A DNA stretch of 64,000 nucleotides from Tilletiaria anomala UBC 951. Lineage: Eukaryota. Both the position numbers and the translations under genes were made by a program. Numbering within the stretch: position 1 is the first letter of the stretch; every line of letters starts with the position of its first letter. The DNA lies in NCBI RefSeq assembly GCF_000711695.1, contig NW_013547019.1, positions 186,001 through 250,000 of the forward strand. The letters run 5' to 3'. Below are positions 35,968 through 48,700 of the stretch, one piece after another. A model generated the notes under the pieces. That model ran no database searches and was not told where the DNA came from. It saw only the letters and a program-made list of their open reading frames with translations.

Positions 35968-38900
35968 GCTGCTTGAATGAGGCGAGTTCGTGACGTTAGC
36001 TCCCAGTGCTTGACGCACCCCGCCGACCAGGACACCTTCACGTGTTCCACAAACCACAAGCCAAGCGTGCAAGTGGCGACGGTCTCTCGTGTTGTCCTGA
36101 CCACCGCCTCTCCAAGCGCTGAAATCAGATGGTCCAGGGGCTTTCCTCGGTTCCGTCTCTCGTGCGAATGCAAAGTGCGACGGTTTGTGTCGTCCGCTCG
36201 TTCATTTGAATGGCCAAGAGCATAAAAGCGATGGGATGATGGTGATGAAGAAGCGAGCGAGCCGCGGCCCGAACCACGGGCGTGTGGCCAGACGAGTAGC
36301 AAGGGTTAATGCGGAACATGGAGCGCGGAACGCGGAGATTGGATATGGCAGGGAATGAGCAAAGTAGGGTTACATGTCACAGTGGCACATACGAGAGCGG
36401 ACTCCGTTTCCTCCCAGCTCCTCTCCAGCCCCCGGAATGGCGGTGACGTAGGAGAGTCACCATACAAATATATGGCTCAGCAAATCCCAACTTGGTCCAA
36501 CCCCGCACGTGTCCGCTATGCGCCATTCCTCCCTTCTCATCACTTCACCATCTCGGTGTTCTACGGATCTGTAATTTAGATCCTTTTCTTACCAGAAGAT
36601 CTACTTTGTTTTCCCTATTGAACTGCCTGCTCGCAATTTCCGTTTAAAGTTGCGGCAACCAGTTGTGATCGGAGGCGCTTGCTTTTCAGTGTCTCCATTG
36701 GGGATCCGCATTTGCCACGGTTCACATTTTGGCACAATTGGATCGGTCGTCTCCATTCTTTGTCACTAGCTCTCTTCCATTCATTCACCTGTTTTCTAAA
36801 GCAACCTCCATTTCTTCTTTCTCCTCTTCTTTCAGGTATGTTCTGCGCCCTTCTCCCTCGAATCCTTTGCCGGGTCGGCCTGCTCCTCCCTGCCAATTCT
36901 CTTCTCCTGGATGCCCTGCTGTCACCGTATGCGCGTTCCACCATCCGGTTTTCCACTCCTCCCGATTGCACATCGTTCGACGTTGCGTCTGCTTATGGCT
37001 TTTCCTTGCCTGCTCGTCGATCAGAGAACCGTCGCTTCGAAGCCGCGCAAACTTCGACTGTATGTTCTATGGACGTGGCAACCTGCCCCAGCCTCCTGTT
37101 TCCCGCCCCTGCAAGAACAGTATGCACACTCAATCTTGCGCTGTGTCAATTTTGTGTCTGTTCACTCGGCATGTCATGTGCTCAATTTGACACTTCGGCA
37201 CGCCGGTGACCTTCTTGCCGAAAGTGACTGTCGGACTGACGCCAGCACCGTACTCCCTGTTCCCGCCATCTTCCACGCAGAGTTTTACTACTTTCTCAAA
37301 GACTATCGATCAAGGACTCGGCGAGCCTGGTGTGCGGGCTAGACTGTGCTTCTTTGTTTACTGCCGTCACTTGTAATCTCGCCATTGATGCAAAGTTCCC
37401 GAGCCAAGTGTTGCCTGGCTGAAGGGCAGAGGATCAATCACATGCTGTGTCACACGTGACGTGTGCCAAGGAGCATGCTCTCCTGTCGGAGACGAGGCCG
37501 ATGCTCAGATAACTTCCCAATCGGGGTTCTGGATTCCACCGAAGGACTCATACCTTTGTACAGCAGTGATGCTTACGCTTGCCGAAGTATATCTTGCGCA
37601 AACCCATGCCAGTGTCTAAGGAGATCGACAAGCACATCCTTCCACATGCCGCTCGCTCTGTACCCATTGCGGCGGCGAGATAGCAACAAGGGCAGAATGA
37701 AGCTCAATGGGCTTTGCAGGTGCTCATCTTTCTCGCGTTGCGGCCTACCGAGAGCTCTTTGCCCAAGAAAAATGCACCCTTTGGCCATCCGTCCGGAACC
37801 GCCAATTGCACCTTCAACATGAGAAGAGAATTGAATTTGCAGAAAATGAGGGGCCTTCACACGGAAGTCAAACGCTTTTACAATGCTGGATTCCTTCTTG
37901 ACACAATCAGATCGTACACTTGTTACAACAGGGCGATCTACCCAGCCTCTATTGCCACGAACCGGTCCCCTTGATCTGCATGATGAATTAGAAGAGCTAG
38001 ACCGTCGCCGGCGGGGAATTTAGCGTGTTCGTATGAGTGTAAGTGGGTGCAGGAAGAATTGAGGTGAGTCACTTTGAATCCCGCAGTTGTGACATGCGCC
38101 AAATCGCTTTCTTCGACGGTCCAGATATTCTGCTCGCGGTCGCTCTCACGGGGTATTTCATAGGCGTAGATTTGAGCGTCACTCGGTGTGGCACTGTCCA
38201 AGGTCAATTTTAGTGCAGGGGCTGGATATCCGTCAGCACTCGAAGCTCCGCCTGGCGGAAGCAATGCTTGTATGACTCGGAAGCTCGGTAGGACCAAGGG
38301 AACGGTTCTCCGTTTTGCAGACCATTTCACGGAGGAGAGGCAGACATTCGTGATCGCTGCTTGAGATGTCGCTGATGGGACATTGCACCCTTGAGTATAA
38401 GACATTGCAACGCACTCCGCCAACAGAAGAGAAGGTGCGCAAAACATAATTGAAATGTTTCATGGGCTATGTTGACCGTGCAAGTGAGCTTGTGAGCCAA
38501 GTCGTGTGCCACCCCATCGGTGCATATTGTGAGGAGGCCGAGACAGAAAGTGGTGCCGGCAGTGGTGACAATTGCGTAGACAAGACTACAAAGAAGCCAA
38601 AACGGAACCCATGTTGCCAAGGAGCCATTCTGACAGCACGTTGCAGCCTATGTGTGAATCGAAAAGGAGATCCAGTGTCCCATTCGTGCTGCTTGCTTCA
38701 TCGGCTCTTTCTGCTGAAATAGTTTTTTTGAGATGCGCCGGAGCTCACATTTGGCGGGCAATTTCCCCTCGGGTTCTGATGATGAAACCGGGGAATTTTC
38801 CCCCAATGGTGTCCCATGCGGCGCCTGTGAAAAACTTGACTGCCTGTATCGCGTAAAGGTACGGGTCGCTGGCAATCTCCCAGGCTCCCAGCCAGCACAG

Positions 38901-39528
38901 CATACACGTTGTGATGGAATGGACGCGGGGCATGCTGGACGGAAGCACATCTGATAGTCATCTTCATTGCAACAACTCTAAAGGCGGTGAGCCTGATACA
39001 TCCTATCCACGGCAGCCTCCATAGAAGGAGACAAGAGTCAGCTAGCCTTTATCGCACGCAAAGAATTCGAATCGAGTCAATTCCAGCTCCCACCGTGACT
39101 CATCGTCGCCCAGAGGAGACGCGCCACGTGTCGCCCACTGCCTTTTGTCACATCTCGACGCGCTCATTATCGTCCCCAAACCTTTCATCAGTCCCTTCCA
39201 TCCTTTCCGGTAACCGGTATCGACGCGTTCGACGCAAAGGAAATACTGCTTCCATTTGCCCAAACGGATTTTGCTGGCGTCCTGAAGAGGCTTTTTTCTT
39301 TCCCTGGGAAGCAGCAGAATAATATCGCCCAGCCCACGTCCGGCTATTTCACGGGCAACCTCGGGGGTAAAGGCTCTTCGTCGAGAGGAAAGCAGAGAGG
39401 AAAGAGCAGCTTGTCAAGCGTGCTTCACTCGGTGCTTCGTGACCGAAGCAAGAGTGACCACGTAGGCGTAGCTTCTCCGTCCTGCCGTCTGCTCTTTCCT
39501 TTCGACTCTTTCCACTCACCTACCTTGC

Positions 39529-42500
39529 ATGGTTCACCTAGTCCCCACCCTGATCGACTGCTGGCATGTGCGGGATCTGCAGAGATTTCGCAACGTACGT
39601 GAGTATGTTCTGCACGAGTAGAGACTGAATCGCAGGAAAGGAGGCCAATGGGAGTCACGAACTGACACGCTGCATCATTCGCGCTCTTGCGGAGCACAGT
39701 CAAAGGCATCCCGACGGAAAAGGGCTCTGCAGGCGCCGCGGGTGGTGGCAAAGGTTGCGGCAAAGATGGCAGCACAGCGACCCAAACTACCCGGAGCGGC
39801 TGTGTAAATGCGAGCGGGTCAAATGGCGGTGTTGGCGCAGGCCCTTCATCCTGCGGAGCTGCGCAGTCGTATCCATACTCGTCGTACTCCAAGTCCCCAG
39901 GCGGAGGCATGGGGATCTCATGGGGGAATGCAGGACACATGCCAGTCGGAGGTGGGCCTTGCTCGCCAGCCGAAGTCAACCGACGGGACCATGCCGGCAG
40001 GACGGCGCTCCATCTCGTCTGTAGCAGCCTGGAGCCGAGCGCGATCGAGTACTTCAACGCATTACTAGCGCATCCTGCCGTCAACGTCAATCTGCAGGAT
40101 CATGAGAGTGGTGAGCCGCAGCACGCGTGCATTTTTTCACAAGAAAGGAGTGCTAAAAGCGCATTTCTTTCGCGCACCCGTGGCAGGCTGGACACCGCTC
40201 CACCGCGCACTGTACATTGGCAATCTGCTCCTCGCACTCCCCTTGTTGCGACGGCAAGACACTGATCTGCGCGTTAAGGACTTCGAAGGTCTGACGCCTT
40301 TCGACCTGTACAACTCGACCGTCTCTGGGACCAACCCAAAATACGACCCGCAGCTCGGAGGGTCCGACGTGCTGGCGTGGGGCGTCAATCGGAACTACAC
40401 GTTGGGCCTCGGAGATGGGAATGACAGGCATCTGCCAGATCGCGTCAAGCTTGTCCGGGCGGAAGGCGGCGGATCTAAGACGGCTCCCGCTGGTGACAAT
40501 GGCAGCGGCAGCGTGGAGGAAGATGCTCTCGGTCGCGGTAGCGGTGACGGTGACCCAAACAACAGTCAAACGCCTCCTAGCACAGCATCGTATGCTGGCA
40601 TGCCTGGCTCACGGTTCGACCGGATCCGCGTCAGGGACATAGGGATGAGCAAGTTGCACACCGTCCTTCTCACCGCCGAGCGTAGCGGCAACGTCTGGGT
40701 CTGCGGCATCGGCAGCAGTGGGCGTCTGGGCCGCGCGACGGGGATGCAGACCCGTTTCGAACCGCTGCAGGACTTCAGCGATACTGCGCAGAGCATTGCC
40801 GTTGCGCAGGACCATACACTCATCGTCAGCGCTAGCGGTGCGGTCTACTCGTTCGGCCTCAATCGCTTTTCGCAGCTTGGCTACGTTGTCGAGCACGGCC
40901 TTGGCGTTGTCGCGTCCAGCAGCGCGCCGAGCAAGGGCGGTGGAGCGGCGAGCGCTACTTTTGGGGCTGGCGGCAGCGGAAGTAGCGGGTTCGCGGCCTT
41001 TGCTGCTAGCGCAGGTGGAGGTACAGGTACAAGTCTAGGTGCCGGTGCAGGCGGTGAGCTGGACACGCAAATCACACCGCGCAAGGTTGTTGGCGCCCTC
41101 AAAAAGGAATTCATCCTTGGCGCTGCAGCGAGCAAGATGCACTCTGTTGTCTTCTCCGCTGAGGGCCTCTTCACGTGGGGGACCAACACCGGTCAGCTCG
41201 GCTACGACCGCTATGCAACACCGGTGCAGATCGTTCCACGCAAGGTGACCACCATCTCGCAGGAAATCAAGCAAGTCGCCGCAACGGATTTCGCCACCGC
41301 GTGTCTCTTCACCAACTGGGATGTTCTCGTCCTTCACAACGACACCACGCACCGCGTCCAGTTCCCGCTGAACCGCTTCCGCCCCGAGATCTCGTCCAAC
41401 ATCTTCCGTCCGCAGCAGGCGCGCCCGAAGCCCATCATCAACAAGATTACCAGCTCCGGAACGACATTTGCGGCAATGAGCGACATGGGCGACCTGTTTA
41501 CTTTTTCGCTCGACCATCCGTCTGAGTACATAAAGAGCGGCTCGGCCACCAGCCTGAAGAACATCACGCCTAAACCGCAACTCGTCTGGTCTGTCCGCAA
41601 GAAGTTCACCGCGGTTAGAGACGTCGCGATCGCTTCAGACGGATCTGTCATCCTCTGTACCGAATCCGGACATGTCTTTGTGCGCGCGCGGCGCAACGAT
41701 CCTGGCGGCAGTGCCACCGCCCTCAGTGCGGGTGGCGCTGGCGTGAGTGGCGCTACTGCCGCGGGGCGTGATGGAGCTGGCGCAGGTGCCGGTCTCGGTG
41801 CTGGCAGCAGAGGCTCGTCCGGTAAAGGTGGCGGCTTCAAGTTTCACGCAGTGCCGTATCTGCAGCGGGTCGTCAAGGTGGCTATGAATGAGAGCGGCGG
41901 GTTCGCAGCAATCAAAGCGGATGCTGCTTGCCGCGAGATCAAGATTCGCGGTCGGTCCCTGGAGGAAGCGCTGCAGAATCAGTTGCCGCACCTTCGCTCT
42001 TACTCTGATGGTGATATGGAAGAAGGCATGAGCATCGCAGCGGACGTGTGCGATTCAACTGCCGCTGCACGGCCGCCACTGGCGGATGCTGGCGCGGGAG
42101 AGTCAGAGACTGACTCGGACGAAGAGGAAGACCACGGCTCGACTGTCAAGTACGTCAAGATGGCGCAGCTTCTCGCCGAGGCTGCTCGCAGATGGGACAA
42201 TCCAAGCGAGAGCGGCGTTGTCGTCTACGGTCCGGACAACATGCGTCCGCCTAATGGCTGTGACTTGTTCGTCATCGCTGGTGGTAAATACATCCCCGCG
42301 CATCGCATCATCCTCACCGCGCGTATTCCCACGCTCGCAGCGGCGCTCGAAGCACCTGACTCGGCGCAGGCAAAAGCACACTTGCCGCCCGGAGTCATAG
42401 TCGAGGGGCCCACGCCAGGCATCGTCACGGTCAAGCTGCCGAGTTGCTCGTTCCACGCTGCGCTCTTCCTTCTGCAATATATCTACACTGATGACTTGCC

Positions 42501-44982
42501 ACCCGTCTGGACCGCTAGCATCGGCATGCAAATCGAGCGACAGTACTCAGCGCTGCGCATCAGTAGACCGCAAGTTCTCACAGATCTCAAGGGCGTTGTT
42601 GAGCTGCTGCAGCTCTCCACGCTCTCTCTGTCACTCAATTCGCCCGTCCCGCGCGCACCTACTGCGTCGCTACGCAAATGCCTTCAGAGCGCGTTCGACA
42701 ACTATGTCGATCGTGAACCACCCGCTGCTTCGGCCATCCACGATGTCCGTCTACACTTTAAAGACCGCATCGTCCCCGCGCACTCGGTCGTGCTGCGGCG
42801 CTCGCCGTTCTTCACCGCACTACTTCATCCAGACTTTTCCTTCGGGAGATGGGACTCGCACGCGGTGATTGACGTCGACATGGGCCCTCTTGATTGGGCG
42901 ACGGCTAGCGTGGTTCTGCAGCATCTATACGTTGACTCTGGCGTCGAGGTCTTCCGCGGCGCCGATAAAGACGTAACGCAGGAAGAATTCATCGACTTTG
43001 TTGTCGATGTCCTCGTATCCGCCGACCATTTGCTGCTAGGCAAACTGTCACTCATATGCTCCGCCATTCTCCGGCGTCGGATCTGGTCGCGCAACGTTGC
43101 GTCCATTATGGCGGATGCCGATTTTTACCACGCTAAGACGCTCAAGGAGGCCTGCATGGATCTCTGCGCGCGCAACTTGGAGCCGTTCTTGGAGAGCGGG
43201 CTGCTTGACGATCTTGAGCACAAAGTTTTGAAGGATCTGGGGATTTACATACGCGCGCGCCAGAACGACCGCATGCACCGGCAAGCCTCTGTGGACCGTA
43301 TAGCAGTGCTAATGGTCAAGCATCAGGACTACGTGCGCGATCTTGACATCCCCAAACCCTCACTTAACCTCGTCAGTCAGCGTATGCCCAGACGTCAGCC
43401 CAAGTCCCCGGCCGTCGCACCTGTGGACTCGCGGCGACGCGTTCTTGCTTCGAACTTTTCGGCCGCAAGCCCCGACCTGAAACCGTTGACTGTGCTGCCT
43501 AACGCGCCAGACTCGGGCCTGATGTTCGACATGGACGATTTTGAGCTGCCATCGGCCTCAGCATCAGCCTCACGCTCCACTTTGTCAGGAGCCATGACTG
43601 ATTTGAAGCTCGGAGGTAGCTCGATGCAGGGTAAGCCGGGTGCAGTACCCTGGGGCGCACGTGCGGTGCTTGCTAAACCGAACGCTGCTTCACCTGGTCT
43701 CGACTTGAGGAGCATCATGGCTGCAGAACAGAAGAGTACCCCAGGCGCTTCTACCAACAATTCAGGGGCAGCGACGCCGACGAAGGCCACTGCACAGACC
43801 AACGTAAACTTAGCGGATCTTGGGTCGATCAGCATCGCGCCTAAGCTATCTCAAAAGGATCGCAAGCGGTCGACCGCGCAGCAAGGCCAATCATCAGCGC
43901 CCGAAGGCACAACCATGCAGCCTGCGAGCGCAACAATTGGGCCCGCCTCGCCGTGGCAACAACGGATGCAGAGCAAGCCAGCTGCATCTCCGGCATGGAA
44001 GACCCTGGATCGCGAAGTCGCTCCATTGGCTTCTCCGCCTTCCTTTCCAGCTTTCAGCCGTTCTCCGCCGACAGGCGCATTGACGCCATCTCCCCTCTTG
44101 CGTGCGGTATCTAATTCACCAGCAGCCGTGCCTTGCGCCTTTTCGCTCTCATCATGGGGCGCCGCCGAATCTGCAAATGGATCTTCAATGCAAGTTCCAA
44201 CCTTTACTCCTACACGGAACGGCAGTAGAGGTGCGACGCAACAGCAACGAAGATTCGGCAGCAATGAAGGGGGCAATGCCTGGGCGTCCACCACAACGAC
44301 TCCTAACACCCCTTCGCTCGCGCTTTGGCCTAGGCCTTCATCACAAGGTGCCAGCTCTCCAGCAGCTGTAGTTAGTACTACTGCTTCCACGCGTCCAGGA
44401 ATGTCGCCTACCACTACATCTTTCCTCGCGATCCAAGAGCAACAGCGCAAGGAGGACAGCGCAGCACAGCAAGTCGCGCTCGCCCGCGCCCATGCATCGC
44501 GCAAGTCGTTTGCGGAAATTGTAGCGGAGGAGAAAGAAGTCGAGCAGGCACTGGAGCGTCAACGCAAAGAGCAGGAAGAGTTCGAAAAGTGGTTTGCGGA
44601 GGAGACTAGACGTGTCAAGTTGCAGGAGAAACGGAACGCCAAGGGATCGCGCAAAACAAAGGGCAGCGCTGCTGCAGATGCTGCAGGAGCTGCCGGCTTG
44701 AAAAGGTCCGGGTATGCCGGTCCCGGTGTTCACATTGATGTCGCTGCGGGTGCTACACAGTCAGCGAGCGCGGCTGCGCTAGAAAGCTCTGCACCAATTG
44801 GAGAGGACGCGGCGGCTGGTCATAGCGGCGGTGGTGGTCGAGGACGAGGACGAGGGCGTGGAAGGGGACGTGTTAGAGGGGTCTTGGAAGGACAACGCGG
44901 TGGACGCAGCAGAGGGGGCGGTGGAAGCAATGGCGCCGATGGTGCTGGCACAAGCGCTCAAGGCCCACCTGGCGCCGCGTGA
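39529..44982 (+). CDS. Ankyrin + RCC1 + BTB/POZ protein (Btb1/IBTK-like Cul3 adaptor)
   Basis: Exons 39529-39598, 39700-40110, 40187-44982. Ankyrin repeats (GRTALHL, DHESGWTPLHRALYIG), RCC1 repeats (WGVNRNYTLG, GIGSSGRLG, FGLNRFSQLG, WGTNTGQLG), two BTB starts (IPAHRIIL, VPAHSVVL), KLSQKDRKR and an RGG-rich tail. Confidence 0.92.
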
Positions 44983-45746
44983 TCCCTAACCTTGTGACCC
45001 TCGATCCTTACGCATTTTTGCGCAGACGGCGCGGACATACCTAGTGCGGTAATAGACAGGATCGCTTTGGGTCTTCGGGAATTTGTGTGCATCTCCGGTA
45101 ATTAGTATCTAGATGTATCTTATGTTGTCTGCACAAGTTAGAGTGTGATGGTATAAACCCCACTTCTGCGCTGGGAATGCTCAAGGAAAGCTAAGGGTCC
45201 TGGATTCTGAAAGCACATGTGGGTCGATGATTCGCCACCATTTGAAGCTCCTGCCCTGGACCGTTATGGTGCTCTGGGGCTGCAGGCAGCTGCAACAATA
45301 TCATTCATGTCCCGTTGGATCCGGAGGATGCTGGTGTGTGATGGTGTCAATGCCCATGGTCGAGTCAAGTCGATTGGTGATGGTGAGGGAGGTATGCTCA
45401 TGCGCCACACTGCCGTAGTGCCCTTGGTACCATCACTAAATGTAGCAGCTGATCAAACACCATTGTATAACCTTCCAATACTAAAACGGTCAAGACCTGT
45501 CTACATTGCAACCCTTGGTCATCCTTTCATTCGATCCGTCACGGACACCCAGTGACGCTCGCTTGTGTGTTCGTCCTGTCATGTGCTGAGAAAAGGAGTG
45601 TGATTGGGGCCTGCGACCAGGTCATATGGCACAAGGGACAGAGTCGTCAACGACCAAGTGTGGCGTTACACAAGTCGCCATCTCTCACCATCTCAGTACA
45701 CGAAATTCTGGCCGAGCAACTGCAGCCATTCTCTCGTGCACCAACA

Positions 45747-48700
45747 ATGCTTCGAGCGTCTGAATATGGATCTCCTACAGACTCGGTAGGAAGCCCCAAG
45801 CGCGGGCAGGCCAGTGCGGCGAGCAGATCCGGCCGTCCCATCCACCGTGTTGCTGGAGGTGCGACCGCCGCTGACGCCGAAATGGCAGGGGTTCACGATT
45901 CGGATGATGCCATCACAGAGACAGGCTCGGTGTCGGGAAGCACAGTGCAAGGGTCCATCATAGATTCTAGACTGGGGAGCGCCACAGGTAGAGGGAGGCT
46001 GCTGAGCTTCGATGGGATTGCGCTCGCGGACCTTACCAATGCACCAGGCGTAGCATTGACCGGATTCAATGGTAAGTAGCTACTTACATCATGTCAAGTC
46101 CTTGGCTTCGGTGTTGAAATCGCTTCACTTCGCCTGATTCACAGCGATCTCTACTGTCCTGAATCATCCGACGAAACGCTCCAATCCCATCGATCCCAAG
46201 TCCTCGCGATACCCACTTCTCCCCATCTCATATAGTGAGCTGCCAACTGCGCGCAAGAGCGATCATGCCGCCTATCTCGAGCAGATTCGGTCCGAATGGG
46301 ACCGCTTCGTTCGCAGTCAGCGTCTAGGCGCACGTGGAAAAGCTCGATTAGGAGATGGAGATGATCTAGCAAGCGAAGATGGACATCAGGAACGAGCACA
46401 GGACCCGATGCTCGACGCTCCGGAGAGCTCGGCTGCTGGGACTTCCCGCTTCTCAATCGACGTAGCATCTTTGAGGAGTGAAGCACAGAGCCCGACTCGC
46501 TTAACGTCTCGGAAACGACTGCCCTCCTTGGAGTCAGTCCCCAAAGTCTACTTTCAGGACGGCTTCAGTCTGAGCAGCCCTAACGTCTTTGGGAGCGTGG
46601 TCGAGCATTCAACAGCATCAGAAAAGTCCAATGCAAACGCGCGCAACGAAGACGGAGATGCGGTTACATACGAGCCCGGTCTCAATCAGATACTACAGGA
46701 AAAGCTGAGCTATTACTCGGATGTCATCGAGCAGCATTTGATTGTCGAGATCGGTGCTCGATCAAGCTCTTTCTTTGCTGCGCTGGGCAATCTCCAAGAT
46801 TTGTCCGCAGAGGCAACATCGTGCTTGAAAAAAGTCAACATATTGAAGGAGCAGCTTGTGGCGGTCGATGACCGGCTTGCCAAGAAAGGCTTGCAGCTCA
46901 TTGCGAAGCAGGCTAGGCGCAGAGAGCTTCAACGCACTTCAAAGGCGGTGCAAGCGGTGCAAGAGCTGATCGAACGGCGCAGTATGGTCACATTGCTCGT
47001 CTCCCATGGGGAATACGAGGAGGCGTTGGACTTAATGGAGTCAATACGAATGCTATTGCGGAAACGAACATCCCAAGCAAACGACCATGCACTGGAGACG
47101 TCTGATACGGACGACATTGACTTCTCCAAGGTCCCTGCTGTTGCCTCTATAATCTCCGGCTTTGCTAATCACCACGATCACATCGCTAGTGCACTGCAGC
47201 AGGATCTGCTTCACATACTCAGCAAAGAGCTCACCGAGCGTGTTATGCCGGCCGAACCTGTGTCTCAAGACGTCAACATGCGCGATCCTAAGGCTCTGCG
47301 TGCTCACAAGAGCAAGTCGATCAATCTTTCGCTCAGCATCGCTGCCGGGAAGCTCAGCGCCAAACGCTCATGGGGACTTTGTGAAGAAAACAATGAGACT
47401 AGTGAAGAAATTGCAAAGGTGCTACCAAGGCCACCTGCTCCGCTCAATGAGATTGACGAGCTGTTGCGAAAACGGATATCCAGTCTGAGTGATGAGCTGT
47501 TGCGGAAACGGATATCCAGTCTGATCTTTGGCCTCGTTCGTACCAAAGGAGTGGAAAGGGCGCTAGCCGCATATCGCGACGTCGCTTTTAGTGCAATTCG
47601 CGAGGCGGTGAAGGGGCATCTGGTTACCGCTCACGCGCAGCTGTACAGCCTGCTCACGAGGGACGAGGCTCTGACAGAAGAGATGCTGGATGCGGACGAC
47701 GCGGCCAGAAGGCTTCGAGATATGCCTCACATGGATTTCCTCGAAATGGGTCACACCTTCTTCCAGGCCTTGCTAGATTATCTTGGGGGGATCAATGCTC
47801 AAACTCGTGTCATCCTCTCGCTGCTTCACGACATGGCTCACGAAGGAGAACAGGAGCCGAACTCTCCCAGCGGTACGTCGACGCCAAATGGAGATGCCAA
47901 GATGGGCCAATACGACATGCCGGAGGGTGTGTCGCATGCTCTCCCCAGTGCTGCCCGCGAGCTGCTCCATTCGGCTGGCGAGCTATCACATGCGTGCGTG
48001 TCCAGATTCATCTCCATTCGCGCAAAGCAGCACACGTCTTTAACTCTGCGGGACTTCCTTGCCGTCTTCCAACTCTGCTGGTCCTTCGTCCTATGCTCCG
48101 AGCTCATCTGCCGGCGCATGATCATGGGGCTCCGCGGGACCGTTTTAAACCAGGCCAAGAGCTTCCTGGTCAGTTTCCACCATATGCGCGTCGCAGCTGC
48201 CGCTAAAGCAGTTGAAGAGGAGAAATGGGATCAGGTCGACGTAGATGCTGCTTTGCAGGTCGAGATCGAACGTATCGTCAACAGCGCCACGGAAGACCAG
48301 CCAGAATTCATCGTGTCCACTGAAGAGGACGAGGACGCAGTAATAATATCTGGCTTACCATCGACAGATAGCTCCGACAAGCAGCAGACGAACGGCTCCT
48401 CGTCGAAAGAACCGCATGCGGAGGCGAATGGTACTGTCGCCGGTTTTAAGACGTTGCGTATCGAGAATCGCGATTTCTGTGTGGTCAAAGCTTCGCTGGA
48501 CATGCTCTCCCAATTGGGCGAATACATACGCGTTATTGTCAATCTGCCCCTGCTCACCACCGAAGCCATGACGCGCGTAGTCGAGTTTCTCAAGGTTAGT
48601 ACAGCCAGTGTTGACGGTATGAAATGTGTTCTGCTGACTCAGGTTACGCCATCTCTTATCAGCAATTCAATTCTAGAACCTGCCAAGTCGTGCTGGGAGC

